DNA of 64,000 nucleotides from a virus: IMG/VR virus record IMGVR_UViG_3300045988_174371, positions 256,001 to 320,000 of that record; one strand, 5' to 3'. Shown piece by piece: positions 58,880 to 64,000 of this stretch (position 1 is its first letter; each line of letters starts with the position of its first letter). The notes under the pieces were generated by a model. It saw only the letters and a program-made list of their open reading frames with translations, ran no database searches and was not told where the DNA came from. The position numbers and the translations under genes were made by a program.

Positions 58880-61333
58880 CTACCAGCGGCGCAACGGTTG
58901 CCGCGCCTTATCGTTCTCTTCATCCGTAGGAATCTGCATCACCGGCAGGTACGGGTCAGCAGACTTGTAACGGTTGATGATGTTCTGAATCGTGTACTCT
59001 GATGCAACAGGGTTCGACAAGCCGGAGCCCGTACCCACAATACGTGGGTCTAGGTTAGCCTGAGGGGTAAGCCCCTCATTCACAGGAACCATCAGACCCT
59101 TATCGCGGTCTACCACAACATATGCGGGGGTAGCGCTCACCATGTCGCCAACATTTTCGACTAGTATCTGCCCGTTGCTCGCGCCGCTAATTCGACTACT
59201 CGCACCATCTGAACGGCGGTGAGTAACAGCCGCATAGTCATTCGGTGGAGCGTCCATACCGCCCGCGAACTGGTCAGCCATTCCAGTCTGAAGCTCACGC
59301 TTACGCCTTGCCGCATTCACAACTGAAACACGCTCAGTGGGCGTAAGGTTCTCGGTGCCTGCCACATACATAGCGTCACCCTCAGGCTTGAACGCATCAA
59401 TGGGCTTACGGTTCGGGTTGTAGAACCCGCCCTTACTTGCGTCATATCCCAGCGTACCCGCCTGAACCTTCTTATCGATGTACTTTCGAGTGTAGCTCTT
59501 GAGCGCACCCAAGGTTCGCGGGTTTGGGTTGGAGTCGTATGCCTGAGACCTGGGCATACCAAGCTCAGCTACCGCACGCTCGTACAAGTCTTCGACATCT
59601 TGCGAATTGACAGCCTTAGTGACCTCATGGGCACGCTTGGAACGCTCAGTGAGGAGAGCTTCCTCCTGCTTCAGATGGTTGTATACATTGGCGAACGCAT
59701 CCGTGTACTTCGGGTCGCTCTCGTAGCGGCTCTTGTAGCCGGGGTCAGCAGACGTAACGCCAGGCTCATTGTGGGAGCCGTTATCAAGGGCGGCGTAGCG
59801 CATCAGCTCAGCACTGTTCGCGTAGACACGTGCACCGCCAGCAGACGAGATGTTCTGACCATCAGCCGTGTACATGTTGCCCGACTCAAAATCAACGTAA
59901 CCCCACAGCTTGCCATCATTAGTGCGAATACCGCCCTCATGGTCAATCTGATAAGCCTCAGCATCCATACCGCCCATCATGACGCAAGCGCCAGGCTTCA
60001 GGATGGACTTAGTGCGCTCTGCCGCACGCTCATAGTACTCCAACTCTGCCGGGGTACTTGCGTGAGCGGTGTTGTCGTAGAACGGTGTGCTGTGGACGAT
60101 GCCTGCGTTGCGCTTCTTAACTGCTTCACGAATCTCTTCAACGCTATTTGGAACCTTGGCATTAGCCGCCGCCTTAGCCTCACGGGTAGCCCTCAGCATG
60201 TCGCTGTATGCGTTGATGTAGTTGTGTTGCTGAAGCTTACGCGCTTCGCTAGGTGCAAACTTTGCATATCCAATGGGGCGCTTAACGTCAGGGGTTTCGC
60301 TCCCCCTATCCTTACCGCCATAAATCTGCACAACCCTGCCATCAATCGCGTTGTACGCCTCCTCACGGTCTTCAGGTAGCTCGCCCTGAACCTTACGTGA
60401 GAGAAGGTCGTGAACAATCTTGTCGTTGAGTTCGTTGCTCTCTTCGCCGTAATGTTTGAGGTCTGAGCGAACCTTAGTCTCCATCTCTTCATCGGAGTAG
60501 TCACCGTTCAGGTCTGCGTCCCTATCAAGCTTCGCCATAGACTCGACAAGGTACCCGAACTGCTCCTGTTCCTCAGGGGGGAGCTGGTCAAGCATATTGA
60601 CGCGGTAAGCGGCTAGGGCTTTACCAAAGTTCTGGTAAGCCTCAAGGGGCGCAGGGTCGCGCTCCTCAGCAGGAGTGAAGATGCCGCCACGTAGAGCCTT
60701 CAACTCATCTGGGAGGTTTCCCTCGCTAAAGTCTGCCGGTGAGGACATCTTGTAGGCGCTCAGAATCTCCTGAAAGCGCTCCATATCCTCAGGAGTATCT
60801 AGTGATGCAGGAGGCTCCACAGCTTCAGGCTTAGGCTTCTCCTGGCGCTTACGTCGGGGCTTCTTCGGCTTCTCCTCAGGAGCAGTCTCCGCCTTTACCT
60901 CTGCGACAGACTCAGGTTCGGCTTCTCCAACCTCTTCCACAGGTTCAGCCTTAGGCTCCTCGGCAGGCTCAGGCGCGACTGGCTCGGGCTTCTCTGCAAC
61001 AGGCTCAATGTCCTTGCCGACGTTCTCGCGCGCGTACTTCGGGTCAGTCGGCTCACCCGCAATAAGGTGTGCAATGTCCTCAGGGAAGCCCATATCAACC
61101 GCCTCATCGAACGGAATCTTTGACTCACCCATCACTTCCACGTGGATTTGGTAACCTTCCACCAGCTCAGGCGGGAGCGACTGGAAAGCCTCCGAGACTT
61201 CCTCCAGATAGTTGTGTGCTTCGTTGGGGTCAGCAAAGTGGTTACCATAAGGGCAACGACCCTTCTTTGCGTCACATTTACCGCTAGTCAGCTGACCATC
61301 CTTATTGAAGCCGACGTGGGTTTTCTGCGTCAT
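58880..61333 (-). CDS. H-C-C-H knuckle / C-terminal-Trp family protein (array copy 4, 817 aa)
   Basis: N-terminus MTQKTHVGFNKDGQLTSGKCDAKKGRCPYGNHFADPNEAHNYLEE. The protein ends ...RQPLRRW. Confidence 0.75.
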   Translation of the reverse strand: MTQKTHVGFNKDGQLTSGKCDAKKGRCPYGNHFADPNEAHNYLEEVSEAFQSLPPELVEGYQIHVEVMGESKIPFDEAVDMGFPEDIAHLIAGEPTDPKYARENVGKDIEPVAEKPEPVAPEPAEEPKAEPVEEVGEAEPESVAEVKAETAPEEKPKKPRRKRQEKPKPEAVEPPASLDTPEDMERFQEILSAYKMSSPADFSEGNLPDELKALRGGIFTPAEERDPAPLEAYQNFGKALAAYRVNMLDQLPPEEQEQFGYLVESMAKLDRDADLNGDYSDEEMETKVRSDLKHYGEESNELNDKIVHDLLSRKVQGELPEDREEAYNAIDGRVVQIYGGKDRGSETPDVKRPIGYAKFAPSEARKLQQHNYINAYSDMLRATREAKAAANAKVPNSVEEIREAVKKRNAGIVHSTPFYDNTAHASTPAELEYYERAAERTKSILKPGACVMMGGMDAEAYQIDHEGGIRTNDGKLWGYVDFESGNMYTADGQNISSAGGARVYANSAELMRYAALDNGSHNEPGVTSADPGYKSRYESDPKYTDAFANVYNHLKQEEALLTERSKRAHEVTKAVNSQDVEDLYERAVAELGMPRSQAYDSNPNPRTLGALKSYTRKYIDKKVQAGTLGYDASKGGFYNPNRKPIDAFKPEGDAMYVAGTENLTPTERVSVVNAARRKRELQTGMADQFAGGMDAPPNDYAAVTHRRSDGASSRISGASNGQILVENVGDMVSATPAYVVVDRDKGLMVPVNEGLTPQANLDPRIVGTGSGLSNPVASEYTIQNIINRYKSADPYLPVMQIPTDEENDKARQPLRRW

Positions 61334-61364
61334 TTTCTATTATCCTTATCTTCATTTAGTTACA

Positions 61365-61399
61365 GGTGGAGAGGCGAAGCTATTCTACGCCTCTCCACC
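61365..61399 (-). promoter_or_regulatory. Stem-loop preceded by a TGATATATAT motif, upstream of array copy 4
   Basis: 12-bp arms ggtggagaggcg / cgcctctccacc with no U-tract. Motif at 61401..61411. Confidence 0.45.
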
Positions 61400-61434
61400 T
61401 CATATATATCAAACAGTCCGCACCACCAGGGAGC

Positions 61435-62856
61435 TTAATGACCGCCGCCGCGTGCGCCGCCGTAAGGGGCATACCTAACACCCGTATCGTAACGTACCCA
61501 TCCACATACAGCTGAACCGTTCACAATGTACGCCTGCATGGAGTGGTCTAGCCCCTCCCATGCGAAGCCTCTTTGTTCGCGAGGGTTCGGGGCGTTATCC
61601 CAAAGCTCCTTACATTCGTCAAATACGAGCATGTCAATCCCCGCATCATGCAGTTTCTTCCAATCGATACTGTATGTGTCTGCCGCTTCATCGTAAGTAA
61701 TGAACCTATCCTCGAAGAACCTTGCCTCAGTTGGGCTTTTGATGTTAAGCACGGTACTGTTGCGGTTAAACACAGGGGCATAGACGTGGGGGGTCTGAAT
61801 GTAGTCGCCGTTTTGGTCATTCACTCGAAGATGGTCAGTAGTGATGGTTGCAGAGTTGTAGTTGTAGAACCCGCCCGTCATCTCAAAAGCACCAGACCTA
61901 TACGCATTGCCGGTGATGCTTTCTCCAGCCTTTCGGCGCGCCGCCCACGCCCGCTCCTTATCGTCAGCATCCTTACGGATAAGAGGGGCACTCAGTACGA
62001 CATCGGGGAAGTCGTAATCTGGGCGGTTCGGTAGCCCGTCCACCTTCGGGTTGTCGGCTAGTGTAGGGGTGAAGTATGGGCGGGCACCCCTGTACCCCTG
62101 AATGTGCTCTACAGACATGCCGGAAAGTATGGGGTTGTTGTAGTCACATTCCACCCGGTCGATACGTGCAGGGTTCGATTCGTAGTCTGCGATGAACAGG
62201 TACTCTTCGTTCTGGTCTAGGTTGAGGATGCCGCCGTGGTTAGCTTGAATGAATGGGTCTCGCGTGTAAATAAACACGTCGTGGCTTGCCATGTCTGTAG
62301 ACGGGGTGCCGGTAATCGCCTGAGATTCGTCTTGGTACTCGTAATCCAACGTGTACGCTTCACGCCCGTTATACTGCGTGATAGTGGGCTGTTGCCTCGT
62401 CTCAATCTCAATCTTCTTCCTAATCCACTTCTCGGAAGCCTGAGGGTATTTCATCCTAAGCTCAGCACGTTCCTGCTCATTCTGGAAACGCGGCATAAAC
62501 TCACCATTTGGTAGCCACGGAGCCCACGGGTCATCATTGGCATACCCTGCGCCTTCCATCTCACGGATAGGTGGATTCGTCTTATCTCTCAGCTTCCGCG
62601 TAAGCCACTCTCGGAACTCTGGAGTGTCCAACTTCTGCCCGCTAGCGGCTAAAGCAGTGCTTTTAGCGGCTATCTCAGCATTCACCGAACCGACGTATTC
62701 CATGACGGAAGTCATGAACGCTAGGTCACCGTGAACCTTAGGGACACCAACGTTTTCACTATTGAGGTGCTTGTAAGGGCACCCTTCAGGTGATGTGCAG
62801 GGGAGCATACGTAGCTCACCCGTCTCTGCGCTAGGGGAAAAATGCATGAAAGCCAT
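61435..62856 (-). CDS. Shorter relative of the knuckle family (473 aa, no C-terminal Trp)
   Basis: N-terminus MAFMHFSPSAETGELRMLPCTSPEGCPYKHLNSENVG shares the H..C-x6-C-PY-x-H spacing. The rest is unrelated to the array proteins by eye. The protein ends ...GGARGGGH. Confidence 0.6.
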   Translation of the reverse strand: MAFMHFSPSAETGELRMLPCTSPEGCPYKHLNSENVGVPKVHGDLAFMTSVMEYVGSVNAEIAAKSTALAASGQKLDTPEFREWLTRKLRDKTNPPIREMEGAGYANDDPWAPWLPNGEFMPRFQNEQERAELRMKYPQASEKWIRKKIEIETRQQPTITQYNGREAYTLDYEYQDESQAITGTPSTDMASHDVFIYTRDPFIQANHGGILNLDQNEEYLFIADYESNPARIDRVECDYNNPILSGMSVEHIQGYRGARPYFTPTLADNPKVDGLPNRPDYDFPDVVLSAPLIRKDADDKERAWAARRKAGESITGNAYRSGAFEMTGGFYNYNSATITTDHLRVNDQNGDYIQTPHVYAPVFNRNSTVLNIKSPTEARFFEDRFITYDEAADTYSIDWKKLHDAGIDMLVFDECKELWDNAPNPREQRGFAWEGLDHSMQAYIVNGSAVCGWVRYDTGVRYAPYGGARGGGH

Positions 62857-63085
62857 AAAAGTATACCCGCCGTCATAGGAACTAGTTTAAGGAAACCAGC
62901 ATCCAGCACGGCGGGCACACGAAGCAGAGCTGACCGCCACAAAGCGCCCAACCCTCACCCAAAACAAAGAGACGGATATATAGACCACAGGGAGCTCATG
63001 TATAATAGAGGTTCGAGCAAAATGAGCTCACCTGCGCAACCACACACATCCACCATAACCATAGCAACCACAAGAGAGAAAGCTC

Positions 63086-63370
63086 ATGACCGAAGAAACC
63101 GAGTTCGTAAACATCCAACCTAACGTCTATGCAGTCATCACGGCAGGCGACACTACTCACACCGTCACATACCTGCATCTGACCGGCGAGAAAGAAACGC
63201 TAATCAGCCACCACCCAGTTATCGATGAAGGCATAAACATTGCGCATGAGTATGCTGTAGACGCAACACCTGAAATTGTTGCTGACATCCTGCAAAAGAC
63301 TACCAACGCCATCATTCAGCATTACGCGAACCTAGGCGTAGAAGTAGAAGTCGATTTCCCCAACGAATAA
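63086..63370 (+). CDS. Small acidic hypothetical protein (94 aa)
   Basis: ORF followed by a strong terminator, with a TGTATAAT extended -10 about 80 nt upstream. No motif recognised. Confidence 0.5.
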   Translation: MTEETEFVNIQPNVYAVITAGDTTHTVTYLHLTGEKETLISHHPVIDEGINIAHEYAVDATPEIVADILQKTTNAIIQHYANLGVEVEVDFPNE

Positions 63371-63384
63371 GAGCTACCCCAAAG

Positions 63385-63440
63385 ACATGAAGGAAGCCCC
63401 TCACAGACATCAAATTGTCTGTGAGGGGCTTCCTTCATGT
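63385..63440. terminator. Bidirectional 25-bp stem-loop between convergent genes
   Basis: acatgaaggaagcccctcacagaca pairs perfectly with tgtctgtgaggggcttccttcatgt. Confidence 0.8.
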
Positions 63441-63459
63441 TATAGCTGTTTACTCAAGC

Positions 63460-63987
63460 TTAGTTGGACAGCTCACGCTGTTTAGCGGCAAACTCTGCCG
63501 CCGCATCCAACTCCTCAAAGTCAGGCTCCAGCCACTGAGAAACCACATAGCCAAGCAACCTGGAGTACTGGTTACGTTCCTCAGGGGTGGACTTCTCACT
63601 GTCAGGGATAATCACAGAGAACACCTTAACGGCAGAATCCTCATCCACATAGTCCACCTGAGGCTCATACTCCTCAACCATTTCATCAGAGTCACGCTCA
63701 TAAATGCGGACACGACGCTCAGTGGTGCTCAACAGAGTGGAAGTAGCCCAGCACGCCATTGCGCCACGGTCGCTCAACTCATCAACAGGCACAGACCTGA
63801 AGATGAGCGCGCGAATCTCCGCATCAGTACCATCAGGGGTAATGACATGGGAATACAGCACCGTATTACCGTTACCGTGGTCTACAACCGGGGACTCGCC
63901 AAAGCCCTCAGCGGCAAGACTGGTGACCAGCCAATGCGCCTCAAGGTTGTTCATCTCAACATCCATGCCACGCCCCTGAAGGTTCAT
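63460..63987 (-). CDS. Hypothetical acidic protein, 5' end possibly beyond the window
   Basis: 175-aa track ORF. The frame stays open to nt 64000, so the start is unresolved. No motif recognised. Confidence 0.45.
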   Translation of the reverse strand: MNLQGRGMDVEMNNLEAHWLVTSLAAEGFGESPVVDHGNGNTVLYSHVITPDGTDAEIRALIFRSVPVDELSDRGAMACWATSTLLSTTERRVRIYERDSDEMVEEYEPQVDYVDEDSAVKVFSVIIPDSEKSTPEERNQYSRLLGYVVSQWLEPDFEELDAAAEFAAKQRELSN

Positions 63988-64000
63988 GGCAAGACCGGGA

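Overview
This is a gene-dense 64-kb window transcribed almost entirely on the minus strand. Genes are Shine-Dalgarno-led, promoters are of the extended -10 type (TGnTAnnAT), and GC-rich stem-loop terminators are frequent. The envelope-related content points to a monoderm (Gram-positive-type, Actinobacteria-like) host, a reduced genome, or a very large mobile element; lineage cannot be fixed from sequence alone.

Recognisable content:
- Two sortases and four large signal-peptide proteins that end in a non-canonical xAxTG wall-sorting signal: a GH16-like protein, an Ig-repeat adhesin, an antigen I/II-like adhesin, and one of unknown fold.
- Two secreted NlpC/P60 hydrolases. One sits behind a ydaO-type c-di-AMP riboswitch; the other is fused to a GH25 lysozyme and LGFP repeats.
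- SecA interrupted in its Walker A loop by an intein with class-3 hallmarks.
- PspA/IM30, HU, a CPBP protease, a RelA/SpoT-type HD hydrolase, a T5-type dNMP-kinase fusion, a small nucleotidyltransferase, an orphan C5 DNA methyltransferase and a TnpB (IS200/IS605-type) element.
- Five dispersed tRNAs: Ser-GCU, Gly-CCC, Thr-CGU, Pro-UGG, and an unusual long-variable-arm tRNA with anticodon GCA and U73.

I saw no metabolic, ribosomal or CRISPR-Cas genes.

The most striking unexplained content is a seven-locus family of large acidic proteins covering about 15 kb of the window. It comprises a four-gene tandem array at 51039..61333 plus members at 14809, 21664 and 61435. The members share an N-terminal His..Cys-x5/6-Cys..His knuckle, and six of the seven end in a C-terminal Trp. 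The array shows a 145-bp gene-conversion tract, one frameshifted copy and a C9 homopolymer.

Other unassigned items are a six-fold CxxC..CxxC zinc-ribbon protein and a tandem paralogue pair next to secA.

All functional calls come from motif reading by eye; no database search was possible. Several start codons were moved from the ORF-track start to SD-supported internal starts, as noted per feature.
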